From: Polyangiaceae bacterium
GTDB lineage: Bacteria > Myxococcota_A > Polyangia > Polyangiales > Polyangiaceae
Assembly: GCA_050287085.1 (NCBI GenBank)
Contig: JBNKBE010000019.1
Span: 59,039 to 114,714, forward strand
DNA length: 55,676 nt
Direction: 5' to 3'
Under the pieces are notes generated by a model that did not search any database, was not told the DNA's origin, and saw only the letters and a program-made list of their open reading frames with translations. How positions within the stretch are numbered: the stretch's first letter is position 1; each line of letters starts with the position of its first letter. The translations under genes were made by a program, and so were the position numbers. Shown piece after piece: positions 1 to 9,939 of this stretch.

Positions 1-261
1 CTCAACCCCCCCCCCCACAGTCCGCCGAGACGCCTTGCGGAAGCAGCGCGACGCGGGCGTCCGCGAAGGCAGGCCCCCGAACGGCCAGGGCCGAAGCCTT
101 CGCGGTCGGTGTGGAGGAGCGGACCGTCGCGCAGCGTGAGCAAGAGCCAGGCAAGGCGAGATTCAGCGTCGTGCGCGTGCTGACCAGCGACGGCAAGCTA
201 GTGCAGAGTCAGACTCATGCGGCTGCGCCCCGGGAAGCGACGTCAGTGCGGGCCATGCTCA

Positions 262-1416
262 TCATGGTTGCCCCCAGTCCGATGAACGACGAACGACCCA
301 CAGGAGACCTCCGGTGATGAACTGCTTGAACAGCGGGTCCCGGAAGGTAGTGGCCTGGTGACCCATCGCGACGTAGAACGATCGGAAGTTTGAGAACTCC
401 CGCGAGAAGCTGACGGGAACGGTGTCACCCTGCAACTCGACGGTGGCAAGGATCTGAAAGCCTGTCCCGGTCGACCACTGGCGGTAGCGATCAAAGTTAA
501 ACCAGGTGGTGTTGAAGGTCCACGGCGAAGGCATGTCTGCCACCCCGGGAAAGTTGGCGGCCTCAGCCGTCCACTGGATGTCCAGCTCAACGAATAGGCT
601 CTGCTCACTGACGAACTGGCCCGTCAATTCCTTGTAGAACGCCCAGTCTACCTCCGTGTTCGCGGCGCGGTACGTCCCGACGAATGCTCCGCCGTCTATC
701 ATCCAGTTTTCGAAGGCGTCCTGTTCCGCTGGCCCCAAGACGTCCCCGCTCGTGTTCAGGAAGAAGACGACCTCGTATTGGGCAAGTCCTTCCGGCGTGA
801 AGTCGTCGTTGTTCTCGCTAAACGAAGCCTCGAAGTCGTATTCCTCCGCGATCTCCGTGAGCATGTTCTGCCCCTCCCTAATCGCGTCCTGCGCTCGAAA
901 GCCGTTCGTCCTGGAGTAGACGAGCATCTTGGACGGACCGTAGCGTCGCGGTGGATACGCCGTCTCAACTCCGTTTGAAGGGTCCTCGTCCAAGCCACCA
1001 GAAGCCCCGGATGTCGCGCCTCCCGCACCCTCTGCGGCGCCCGCATCCGGAGACGACGCGACCAATGGCGATCCACCGGCGTCCGCTGGGTCGCGTGGCA
1101 GGGCGCCGGCTGACGTCGTGTTCACGCTGGCGTCTCGCGTCATCGCGCCCCCGGCGCTGGAGGATATCGCGCCCCCGGCGCTGGGGGATATCGCGCCCCC
1201 GGCCGCGCTCGTGGCTTCCGGGTCAGCTTGATGGGGAGACGACCCCACCGCGCTCATCCCCATGACGTCCGCCGAGCCGGCGGCGCTCGCGGAAGCGTCC
1301 GCCCTCGAATCCGTGCCCACTCCCCGTCGGAGCGGCGGCCCGAGCTCTGCCTGTCGGCCACAACTAGCGAGCGCTACCAGTCCCAGCCCGCAAATCAGCT
1401 CTCGCCCCCAGTACAT
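262..1416 (-). CDS. ThuA-like (class I glutamine amidotransferase-like fold) domain lipoprotein
   Basis: Lipobox-like LASC after a hydrophobic stretch, then an Ala/Gly/Ser linker. C-terminal domain has ThuA-family motifs: LVYSRTNGFR, LAQYEVVFFLNTSGDVL, GGAFVG, RSFYVAMGH, GLLW. Confidence 0.8.
   Translation of the reverse strand: MYWGRELICGLGLVALASCGRQAELGPPLRRGVGTDSRADASASAAGSADVMGMSAVGSSPHQADPEATSAAGGAISPSAGGAISSSAGGAMTRDASVNTTSAGALPRDPADAGGSPLVASSPDAGAAEGAGGATSGASGGLDEDPSNGVETAYPPRRYGPSKMLVYSRTNGFRAQDAIREGQNMLTEIAEEYDFEASFSENNDDFTPEGLAQYEVVFFLNTSGDVLGPAEQDAFENWMIDGGAFVGTYRAANTEVDWAFYKELTGQFVSEQSLFVELDIQWTAEAANFPGVADMPSPWTFNTTWFNFDRYRQWSTGTGFQILATVELQGDTVPVSFSREFSNFRSFYVAMGHQATTFRDPLFKQFITGGLLWVVRRSSDWGQP
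1142..1203. repeat. In-frame 24-bp tandem repeat (about 2.5 copies) in the ThuA-protein linker
   Basis: ATCGCGCCCCCGGC recurs at 1142, 1166 and 1190; it encodes AGGAISPS/AGGAISSS. Confidence 0.85.
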
Positions 1417-1628
1417 CCACGCACAATGACCTAGTAACCCCCAAGCGTCAAGCGCCGAGGGGAGGTTTGATCAGAGGCGCGGCGAGCGAGCTTGCTCACC
1501 GCGTTATTGGCGCCCCCGCCGCAGGCAGGAGACTCACGAAAGAGCGCCGGTACCAAAGCCGCACGTAGCCCGCGAGGGACATCGACGCACGCGGACCTAT
1601 GAGCCGCGTGCGCAAGACCCAAGAGAGC

Positions 1629-2006
1629 TCAGAGGCCCGCGTCGTGCACGGTCAAACCGGGCCAGCGTGCGCGCCAGTGCTTGGCTCCAAGTCTGGTGGC
1701 ATAAACTCTTGGGTCCTGGAGACCAGGACTGACGCGAACGTGCATCTCGAACAGGTCGCGGAGTCCGCACGGAGCGATAACCTCGAAGCGGTCGCCATGG
1801 CAGAGCCTGACAGCGACGGCAGTGGCGGTCTCCGGCCAGCTCGCAATTGCGGCTTCGAGCGAAGGATACGGCGGCAACTGAGAACCCAGATCACAACTCT
1901 GCCATTCGTGAATGTGGGCCTGGTTGGCCACATCCCAGCGCTGGCCCGTAAGGACGCCGTCAAGCCGTTCTGCCCAGTCGACAAGCGGGGGACGCGGGTC
2001 AAAGGT
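1629..2006 (-). pseudogene. N-terminally truncated or frameshifted DUF925-like (NTP_transf_6) nucleotidyltransferase
   Basis: Frame reads TFDP...WDVANQAHIHEW...PY.S...AIASWPETATAVAVRL...APCGL.DLF...W.ARWP.L, the C-terminal part of this family. An in-frame TAG at 2007-2009 sits directly upstream, and the expected N-terminal AG..RN..W motif is not in frame. Confidence 0.6.
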
Positions 2007-2161
2007 CTAACGACCGTGTAGGAAAGCCCTCCGCCACGACCGGCGCAACTCGCCTGGCGTAGCTGCCGTCCACATTCCGCGTCGGCTGCACTTCTGGTGC
2101 GTACCAGCCGCCGAATCCCCCAATGAACCTCACAGACGCAGGCCGAGCATGCTGCGGGGTG

Positions 2162-5100
2162 CTACTCCTCGCAACTGAGACGGCGGTCGGCGGCCTCGCA
2201 AACGTCCCGACCCGCGCCCCCGATCAGCAGGTTTGAACCTCGCCCGCCCACCAGCGTGTCGCGCCCTCGCCCACCCAGAATCACGTCGTCGCCCTCACCT
2301 CCGTAGACGCGATCCGCCCCGTCCCCACCCAAGGCCAGATCAAAGCCGTCTCCCAGGTCGATACAATCATCACCACCCAAGCCCAGCACGATGTCGTGAC
2401 CTCCAAACGCGCAGATGATGTCCGCGCCGTGCGTTCCAAGTAGCACATCGCTTCGCTCTGTACCCCGAATGGCCCCCGGAGCATCGCAATCGCAAAACGC
2501 GATGGGGCGCAGGCGCAGTTTGAGATCGACAACAACGGGGTCGTGATCCGCGCTTCGGTACGGCACGCTCGCATCAAAGATATGCGCGGAACGTCCGAAG
2601 TCCAGGTTGTAGTCCAAAGCGTCAGCCTCATCCGCGTTGACATGCCACTCACTGACAAGGGCCACCTGAGCCGCCAATGAGGGTGACGCCAGAGCGTGAT
2701 CGAGCACGCCCAATTGCCCATCGAAAACATAGGAATACGGCGCGTCCAGCCGGCGCAAGAGGTTCTCATACCCCGCACTTTCTAGATGACGCACCGGATC
2801 CTCTTCTAGGTAGGCGTTGAGGTCCCCCAGCACTAGTACGTCTGGATCCGCACTGCCCGTTGGGTGGGTCGCAAGCCAGCGCTGCACCGCCTCCGCGGCG
2901 AGCAGACGACGCGCGTTCCAATACCCCTGACCGTCCAGCTTATCGCAATTGGGATCTGCCTCGGGCTCGGGACACGCTAGCCCCGACTGCCCTTTCGACT
3001 TGAAGTGGTTGACTACAACGGTGAACTCCTCGCCGGTTGCCAACTCGAGAAATGTAGCTGCCAGCGGAGAACGACTGGTCGCGTTGCCGTCAAAGACGGC
3101 ATCACCCGGCTCAAACCCCAAGCTCGCAAAGTCGTCATCGCTCAGGGTCGCAAACGTTGAGCCCGGCGCCAACACCACCCGGTCCTGGCAATAGAGCAAG
3201 CCAAGCGCAATGGCGTCCCCGCCAATCGGAGCGCCGGTGTCAGAGTAGCCGTAGCTGGAGCACGGAGCTCCGCTGGTCTCGAGCGCGCGGGCAAGTACTT
3301 CCAGCGACTTCGCCGGGCCCCTCTCCGCACTGTTTTCGAGCTCGACCAGAGCGTAGACGTCTGCGTTCAACCCAATGAGCGTCGTGAGCAGCTTAGCTAG
3401 CTGCCGCTGATACTCAGCGTCGCTGTCAGCCCCTCGGCACTGGCTGCGGTCGCCAGAGGGAAAGCAGGAAGCGCCTGGTTGATCCACCGTGGTGAAGAAG
3501 TTGAGCACGTTCAGCCCAGCCACACGCAGGCCCTCCCCCGACGCCACGAGCGGTTCAGGGCGAGGATTGCCCGCCTCGAAAAGGGGCTCCACTGTTGGCA
3601 TAACGCGGTAGTTTTCATCGCCCGAGCCTCCGCTACCGCGACTGAAGCGCAGGTTGCCAACCAGACCCGTCAGCGTGTCTCCCATGCGAACGGCGTTGCT
3701 GGTGAGCAGCCCTGGCGCCGGAAACCGGATTGGGCTTGGGTTTTGCACGCGAAGCCCGTCATCTAGAAGCACACTACCCCGAGCGATTCGCTCGATATGC
3801 TCCGGGTATTGCCGAGGATCCGGAGGGTGGAAGCTCGTGAATTGCTCCGGACGCCCGCCCACGCTCAGTCGCATCTCCCCGAAACGATCCAGGTTGAAGA
3901 GCTCCGAAACCGTGAGCTGCTGCGGCAAGCGTACCAACATACCCTCGTAGCGCTCCAGGTCCGCTATCCAACGACCGTCGTCATTGCGATAGCCCGCCGC
4001 TACCGGCAAGTGAATCTCGACAGGCTGGACGCTGCCGACTCCGCACTTCTCAACAGCGCTCGCGGTCACTTGCGTCTCTCCAAAGTACTCTCCGACGAGG
4101 CCTTTCACCCGCACTCGATCGCCCGTCGCTACGTCACCCGTATTGCGCGGCTCGAACACGAAGATGCCGTCTGATGTGTCCCCGCTTCCATCGCCCGCTT
4201 CTTCTTGTACGAAGTAGCCCCGAAGGTCGCCATCGGCCCCTTCCCCCCCTTGGAAGTCGCCAGTGACAATACCTTCGAGGGTTACCGTTTGGCCAACGAA
4301 TGGACTCTCTGAACCGGCCCCCTGCAACTCGTAGATCGGCGTTGCGTCGCCAAAACACCCCGCCTCCATCTCGGTTTCGAAATCGAGGAAGAAGTCCCTT
4401 CGCATCGGAATGCCACTGCTGCCAACGACAGAAGCGGCTCGTACAGCCAAGGAGCATTGTGCCCCTGCCGGAAGCTCCATCGCTGGTGACAAGGCAACCC
4501 GCTGCGCGTCCTGGGTGACCTCCACCGCTAGAACACCTACGAGTTCGCAGTCGAGTTCAAACGCGGCGCCCGCAAACGTTACTGGCTCCGAAAACTCAAG
4601 CCAGATCGTTACATCCCCTACCACGGATTCGGCCCCCTGGGACGGCTCCGTACGCACGACAGCAGGCGCCGCCCCCGCCCCATGCTTGAAGGAGCCAATA
4701 GGAAAGGGCAGCGCGGCCGCATCGTTTGTCGCAGTGCCGTCGAGCGCGTTCGCTCCGCTGAAGCGAAAGCTCGGAAGCGCGAACGCACTGCCATCGGGAC
4801 CGGTGTCGTTCACCCGATACGCCCACCCGTCCACGTAGTCCCACGCGGTGCCAGTGCCGTCGGCATCGACCTCACCAAACACGTCCACCACCACGCCGGT
4901 CTGGAAAAGTTCGATGGCGTCATCCCCGTTGATGTTCACCGCGGAGGCGACGAAGTCGGGGGTGAACCCGAAGTACTCGCGAAATCCCTCTGCCTCGGAG
5001 GCTACGTAGAGGTAGTCGCCCGCCTCTGCCGAGCCAGCGAGTGCAAACTCTTGACCATCGCTGCCGCCACCATTGTTGGCCGACCCCAGGCCGAATACGC

Positions 5101-5311
5101 TCAGATCGTCGACCGCGGTGGCGACGTAGAGCTCAACAGCCTTGGGCACGCCGCCCGTGAGCGGTCCGTCTACCACGCCCGTGATGCGTACGTCCTGCGC
5201 GCTCAGGTCGGGAGCAAGAAGCAGAAGCGCTACCCCAACGCCTAAGCTCCGACGCAGAAATGACTGTCGCCCAAAGGCTGTTCGTTCAAACTGGCTCATT
5301 GCGATGCTCAT
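2162..5311 (-). CDS. ExeM/NucH-family extracellular endonuclease (N-terminal LTD-like domain, Ig-like domain, OB-fold, EEP domain, C-terminal Ca-binding RTX-like repeats)
   Basis: Signal peptide ending APDLSA; TLEGIVTGDFQ...GYFVQE...DTSDGIFV; LERYEGMLV; NVLNFF; VVVNHFKSKG; LGDLNAY..EDP; YSYVFDGQLG.LDH; SADHDPV; GGxGxD nonapeptides at the C terminus. Start likely ATG 5311 or 5299 rather than 5491. Confidence 0.92.
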   Translation of the reverse strand: MSIAMSQFERTAFGRQSFLRRSLGVGVALLLLAPDLSAQDVRITGVVDGPLTGGVPKAVELYVATAVDDLSVFGLGSANNGGGSDGQEFALAGSAEAGDYLYVASEAEGFREYFGFTPDFVASAVNINGDDAIELFQTGVVVDVFGEVDADGTGTAWDYVDGWAYRVNDTGPDGSAFALPSFRFSGANALDGTATNDAAALPFPIGSFKHGAGAAPAVVRTEPSQGAESVVGDVTIWLEFSEPVTFAGAAFELDCELVGVLAVEVTQDAQRVALSPAMELPAGAQCSLAVRAASVVGSSGIPMRRDFFLDFETEMEAGCFGDATPIYELQGAGSESPFVGQTVTLEGIVTGDFQGGEGADGDLRGYFVQEEAGDGSGDTSDGIFVFEPRNTGDVATGDRVRVKGLVGEYFGETQVTASAVEKCGVGSVQPVEIHLPVAAGYRNDDGRWIADLERYEGMLVRLPQQLTVSELFNLDRFGEMRLSVGGRPEQFTSFHPPDPRQYPEHIERIARGSVLLDDGLRVQNPSPIRFPAPGLLTSNAVRMGDTLTGLVGNLRFSRGSGGSGDENYRVMPTVEPLFEAGNPRPEPLVASGEGLRVAGLNVLNFFTTVDQPGASCFPSGDRSQCRGADSDAEYQRQLAKLLTTLIGLNADVYALVELENSAERGPAKSLEVLARALETSGAPCSSYGYSDTGAPIGGDAIALGLLYCQDRVVLAPGSTFATLSDDDFASLGFEPGDAVFDGNATSRSPLAATFLELATGEEFTVVVNHFKSKGQSGLACPEPEADPNCDKLDGQGYWNARRLLAAEAVQRWLATHPTGSADPDVLVLGDLNAYLEEDPVRHLESAGYENLLRRLDAPYSYVFDGQLGVLDHALASPSLAAQVALVSEWHVNADEADALDYNLDFGRSAHIFDASVPYRSADHDPVVVDLKLRLRPIAFCDCDAPGAIRGTERSDVLLGTHGADIICAFGGHDIVLGLGGDDCIDLGDGFDLALGGDGADRVYGGEGDDVILGGRGRDTLVGGRGSNLLIGGAGRDVCEAADRRLSCEE

Positions 5312-5319
5312 CCTTGTGC

Positions 5320-5408
5320 GTTCGATCCGCACCCACCCCGAGTTGTGCGGCTTATCCTGGCGTTGCAAGCGCAGATCGCAGTTCGATCCGCACCCACCCC
5401 GAGTTGTG
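5320..5408. repeat. Two exact 28-bp direct repeats separated by a 33-bp unique spacer
   Basis: GTTCGATCCGCACCCACCCCGAGTTGTG at 5320-5347 and 5381-5408; spacer 5348-5380. Confidence 0.9.
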
Positions 5409-5734
5409 TCTGGACGCCCGTAGCACCCCCCGGCGCGCTGATAGAAGATGGCGACACGAGACGTGACGCGCATTTCACACGTCCGCGACATCGGGCCGCG
5501 CGCGGGCCAAATCCTCGATGTCGGAGCCCCTCGCCGGCCTGCGGGGGTGTTCCGGTCCCGCTGGATGTCCTGGGAGACTTCTCCCGCCGGGGCGCGCGCA
5601 GGCCAAGTTGGAGGTGTACCTAGGAGGTGCTAAGATGCCTCCCTCCTGTCTTTCGTCGGCATAAGTCCCGGCAAAGACTGCTCGCGCTCGAGGGTGTCCG
5701 TTTGAACTACGAAAAGATATCCACCGGCACGCAA

Positions 5735-7297
5735 GTGCCTATTGCCTCGGCCACCTCAGCGCCACTCGAGCCCGGCGTCTTGGTGGCGGACAAGTACCGC
5801 ATCGAGCGACAGCTGGGCGAAGGCGGTATGGGTGTAGTCTTCGCAGCCCGACACCAGGTTTTGGACCGGCACGTCGCCTTGAAGGTGATCCGCTCTGAAC
5901 TGGCCGACAACCCCGCTGTCGTCGAACGACTGCTCTTGGAAGCTCGCTCCGCCGCGCGGTTGGAAAGCGAACACGTGGCAAAGGTGCTGGACGTGGGAAC
6001 CCTCCCCAGCGGAGCGCCGTTCATCGTCATGGAGTACCTGGAGGGGGACGATCTCGATCGCCTGCTGGACCTGCGCGGACCGCTGCCGGAGCCCGAGGCC
6101 GTGAAATGCCTCATGCAGGTCTGCGAAGCCGTGGCGGAGGCTCACGCGCGACATATCGTCCACCGCGACCTCAAGCCGGAGAACATCTTCGCCGCGAGGA
6201 GGGCGGATGGTTCTACCACCATGAAGGTGCTGGACTTCGGGATCTCCAAGGAACTGAAGCCGTCATCGGCGCGCAAGATCACCCAAACCAGTGCTTCCGT
6301 CGGGTCGCCCCAATACATGGCCCCCGAGCAGATGCGGGCCGAGCCGATCGACCCGCGAGCAGATATTTGGGCCCTGGGCTCCATTCTGTACGAACTGCTC
6401 TCCGGACATCCCCCCTTTGAGGGCACAACCATTCCCGAGGTGTGCGCCAAAGTGTTGGGCCAAGCTCCCCCACCCCTGTCGTCTTGGACCCCTACCGTCT
6501 CGCCCGGATTGGAAGCGGCAATACACCGATGCCTGGAGAAATCGCGTGAGCAGCGCTTTGCGGATGTGCGTGCCTTCGCTGAAGCGATAGCTCCTTTCGG
6601 AGGTGAGAGCGCTCGACTGTCGCGGCAGCGGATCGATCGACTCGCCGAAGCCAGCGGCAGCTACACCCCGGCCGCCGCTTCGCTCGCCTACGCGGCGACG
6701 TTCAAACCCGGTACAAGTCGGGACGTGGAACTCGACGCGCTCCTCCGCCACACGGGCGGGTTGCCGGCATCAAGTACGCTCGCCGGGGATGCGCCGCGGC
6801 GCTCCCCCAGGGGCGTCGCCCGCTGGGCGGCCTTCGGAGCCGTCGCTGCGTTGGGACTCGTCGCGGGGTGGTTGTTGTGGCCGGCGCAGTCCGGGGAGGA
6901 ACCTCTGGCTGCTAGCGTAGACGCCGAGCTGACAACAACAGCGGGGCCCGCTTCATCCCCATACCCCGCGCCCCCCACGGTCGCTCCGGATTCGCGTTCC
7001 TCGCCGTTGCCCTCTCGCGATGCGGGCAGTGCCCGCATCGCTGAAGCAGAGCCCGCAAACGAGCTGGCGGCCACGAGCGAGCCGGCGCCCACGGATTCAG
7101 CCCGCGCCAGCGCGGACCTGCCTACGGAGGAGCCCCCGGCCGCCCCCGTGCGTAGCACCCATGCGCTCGTGGGGCGCCGCCCCCAAGCGGCCAAAGCGCC
7201 TCCCACGGCGGCCCCCGCAAAGGCGGGCCCAGCCCCAAGCACGCTTCGGCCAACGAGAAACCCGTGGGACCTGGAAAGCTTCGGAGATCGGCACTGA
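5735..7297 (+). CDS. Hanks-type Ser/Thr protein kinase with a TM helix and Pro/Ala-rich extracytoplasmic tail
   Basis: LGEGGMGVV, VALK, HRDLKPEN, DFG, GSPQYMAPE, DIWALG; TM helix WAAFGAVAALGLVAGWLLW; tail NPWDLESFGDRH. Start uncertain (ORF is open from 5627). Confidence 0.93.
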   Translation: MPIASATSAPLEPGVLVADKYRIERQLGEGGMGVVFAARHQVLDRHVALKVIRSELADNPAVVERLLLEARSAARLESEHVAKVLDVGTLPSGAPFIVMEYLEGDDLDRLLDLRGPLPEPEAVKCLMQVCEAVAEAHARHIVHRDLKPENIFAARRADGSTTMKVLDFGISKELKPSSARKITQTSASVGSPQYMAPEQMRAEPIDPRADIWALGSILYELLSGHPPFEGTTIPEVCAKVLGQAPPPLSSWTPTVSPGLEAAIHRCLEKSREQRFADVRAFAEAIAPFGGESARLSRQRIDRLAEASGSYTPAAASLAYAATFKPGTSRDVELDALLRHTGGLPASSTLAGDAPRRSPRGVARWAAFGAVAALGLVAGWLLWPAQSGEEPLAASVDAELTTTAGPASSPYPAPPTVAPDSRSSPLPSRDAGSARIAEAEPANELAATSEPAPTDSARASADLPTEEPPAAPVRSTHALVGRRPQAAKAPPTAAPAKAGPAPSTLRPTRNPWDLESFGDRH

Positions 7298-7399
7298 CCA
7301 CACCCACGCTCTGGCTTTCGAGTAAGAACATGGTCCAGGAGACCGGCCAAAGCTCACAGACCTGAAAACGACCTCCTTGATCTGTGATAAGACTCGAGG

Positions 7400-9409
7400 G
7401 TGTCCGGGGGTAGGAGAGCCGCTAGGTGGGCGCTGGGGAGCGTCGTCACGCGCGTCGCGCTATGGGCAGCCGTCGCGGAGGGGGGAGCCGCCGCGCTAAG
7501 CTTCTTCCCGGCATTTGCTCCACTTCGAGACGCGCTGGTCGAAACGCAACTGACGAAGCTGCGGAGCCAGATGGACCGCACCCGTGCGCTGTGGCAGCAA
7601 GCCGTGGAAGTGTCCCGCCAAGACGCGCTGACTCTGGCCCACTTGAACGAAGCGCTGGCACTGCTGCGCGCTAGCCGCATAGACGCAAAGGACTTGGCCC
7701 CGGAGGCGAGTATCTCGACGCGCAATCGCCTCGAACGCGAGCTGACGACATGGGTTTCGCGCAATCCAGCACACCTACAAGCGCGCATCATTCGCGGCTC
7801 TGATGGCCGAGAGCTGGTGCGTGTACAACGCGCAGCATACGACGCGCCACCCCGGACCGTTGCCACCTCGGAACTCCAAGTCAAGGCGGACGAGCCGTAC
7901 TTTGAGCGGGCTATGCGCGCTCAGCGCCAGCAGCCACTGGTTTCAGGTAAACCCACTTGGAACCGCGAACACGGGCGCATTCAGGAACCCCGCGTCCTCA
8001 TGCTGCGACACACCGTAACGCTCTTCGATGCCGACGGCGGCCCTCTAGGATTCTTGGTTCTCAACATTGACGTCCTGAACCAACTCCGCGCTTTGCTCAG
8101 ATCTGCATCGGGACAATCCGCTAGCTACGCATTTGTTCTGACCAACGAAGGCTCGTGGGTTCTGCCTCCGACCAACGCCAGCGGTCAGAAGCTAACAGAA
8201 GCCGAGCCGCTGACGAATAAGAGCGTGACGACCTTGCTCGGAAGCGATTGGCGCACGCGCGCTCAGGACGCTTCAACTGCGTTCCTGGGCCCAGGGGAGT
8301 CGTCGACGGGGCAAGCGCGTGCGACGCGCCAACTCGTCGCTCTAGAACGCGTGGCATTGCGCGGCGGCGACGCCCTTTGGTTTGGCCTGCTCGACCCATG
8401 GACGCGCAACGCCGGCGTAATACGCCAAACGCTGCTCAGGAGCCTGGTGTTCGCCCTCGCGGGAGCTGCCTTGGTTGCGGCATTGGCCGCTTTCGGAGTC
8501 GGGCGCATGCTGAGGCCTCTGAGCAAGCTCACCCAACGAGCCGCGAGCTTCGGTCGAGCCGACAACACCCCTGCGACGGTTCGAGACGGCAACGAGCTTC
8601 AACAGCTCACACGCGAGTTCGATCAGATGATGACCCGGGTCACGCAAGACCGGGAGGCCCTAAGACGCGCTTTTGAAGACGAGCAGCAAGCCAAACAGGC
8701 GCTGGAGGTCGCACTAGCCCGCATGGAAGCCGCCAACACTGCCCTCGAATCGTTTGCCCACTCCGTTGCACACGATCTGCGAGCTCCGGTTCGGGCCTTG
8801 CGCTTCTATCGAGAATCGTTGCAGGAAGCCTTGGGCGACGACCTCAGCCCCGATGCCCAGCGAGAGCTTGCTGGCATAGCGGATACGACGGACCGCATGG
8901 GCGCTCTGATCGAAGGACTCCTCCGCTTGAGCCGCCTGCAGCGTGTCGAGATGCACAACGAGCGCATCAACTTGTCCAGCGCCTTCCAAACCGCGCTGCA
9001 CGAGCTCGCGGGGACGAACCCGAGCGCTGAGGTTACGATTGAGAACGGTCTGGAAGCCTTCGGGGATCCGGCATTGCTGACGGATGCCGTCAACAACCTG
9101 CTCGACAACGCGCTCAAGTACAGCGCTCGCAGCCCGAACCCACGGATCGAAATTGGGCGCTGCGCTACAGCGCGGGGCGACGCTTTTTTCGTCCGAGACA
9201 ACGGTGTGGGCTTCAATCCCATGGAAGCGAAGAGGATATTTTCCCTCTTTGAACGCGGCCGAACGGCCAGGGTGTACGGCGGAGTGGGTGTTGGTCTGGC
9301 TACAACTCAGCGCATCATCGAACTCCATGGTGGCCAGATTTGGGGCGAGTCTGAAGAGGGCAAAGGTGCTACGTTTTACTTCGTACTCGGGGCCAGCGCC
9401 GCGAGGTGA
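7400..9409 (+). CDS. Membrane sensor histidine kinase (Cache-like periplasmic domain, HAMP, HisKA, HATPase)
   Basis: H-box FAHSVAHDLRAP, N-box NLLDNALKY, G1 VRDNGVGF, G2 GVGVGL; HAMP segment LRPLSKLT...ELQQLTREFDQM. Confidence 0.92.
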   Translation: MSGGRRAARWALGSVVTRVALWAAVAEGGAAALSFFPAFAPLRDALVETQLTKLRSQMDRTRALWQQAVEVSRQDALTLAHLNEALALLRASRIDAKDLAPEASISTRNRLERELTTWVSRNPAHLQARIIRGSDGRELVRVQRAAYDAPPRTVATSELQVKADEPYFERAMRAQRQQPLVSGKPTWNREHGRIQEPRVLMLRHTVTLFDADGGPLGFLVLNIDVLNQLRALLRSASGQSASYAFVLTNEGSWVLPPTNASGQKLTEAEPLTNKSVTTLLGSDWRTRAQDASTAFLGPGESSTGQARATRQLVALERVALRGGDALWFGLLDPWTRNAGVIRQTLLRSLVFALAGAALVAALAAFGVGRMLRPLSKLTQRAASFGRADNTPATVRDGNELQQLTREFDQMMTRVTQDREALRRAFEDEQQAKQALEVALARMEAANTALESFAHSVAHDLRAPVRALRFYRESLQEALGDDLSPDAQRELAGIADTTDRMGALIEGLLRLSRLQRVEMHNERINLSSAFQTALHELAGTNPSAEVTIENGLEAFGDPALLTDAVNNLLDNALKYSARSPNPRIEIGRCATARGDAFFVRDNGVGFNPMEAKRIFSLFERGRTARVYGGVGVGLATTQRIIELHGGQIWGESEEGKGATFYFVLGASAAR

Positions 9410-9415
9410 GGACAA

Positions 9416-9865
9416 ATGGCAGAACCGATCGAGACCGTCACAGTCACCGTTGTCATCGAAGATGACCCCGTCGACGCAGAATTGACCCGCCGCGCATTGC
9501 AGAGCAGCAGAAGCGACAATCAGGTCATCACGCTGGACGATGGCGCAACGGCCATTGAGCGTCTGCTCAATGACGACTCGCCGTTGGAGCCCGATCTGAT
9601 CTTGCTCGACCTGAAGCTGCCCGGCCTAAGTGGACTGGAAGTGCTTCAGCATCTGCGTGCCCATCCTGGCACGCGCACCGTGCCGATCGTAATGCTCAGT
9701 TCTTCCGATCTGACTCGGGACATTAACGAAGCCTATGCCCGAGGGGCCAATAGCTTCGTCACAAAGCCCCAAGAACTGCTCGGCTATCGAACGGCGCTCG
9801 CGACACTGGCCAACTATTGGCTGAAGGTGAACATGCGCCCGGCGCGCAGGCCCGCGCGCGCATAA
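9416..9865 (+). CDS. Single-domain response regulator (receiver only)
   Basis: IEDD acidic pocket, LILLDLKLPG phospho-Asp, SSS, ANSFVTKP; GAGGA RBS; starts 6 bp after the kinase. Confidence 0.92.
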   Translation: MAEPIETVTVTVVIEDDPVDAELTRRALQSSRSDNQVITLDDGATAIERLLNDDSPLEPDLILLDLKLPGLSGLEVLQHLRAHPGTRTVPIVMLSSSDLTRDINEAYARGANSFVTKPQELLGYRTALATLANYWLKVNMRPARRPARA

Positions 9866-9939
9866 CGCCACAGTCCACTCAGCCGCACGCCACAGCAAGA
9901 GGCTCGGCCGGCGCAGCGTGACTTGCCCCTCCGCGGGCC

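Noticed and set aside
1..261. Short ORFs, a poly-C run and a 10-bp inverted repeat (61-70/96-105) at the window edge
   Set aside because: No recognisable product or RNA family; edge context is missing.
5320..5408. Calling a bona fide CRISPR array
   Set aside because: Only two repeats, no third copy 61 bp to either side, no strong hairpin and no cas genes. Kept as a repeat and as a finding.
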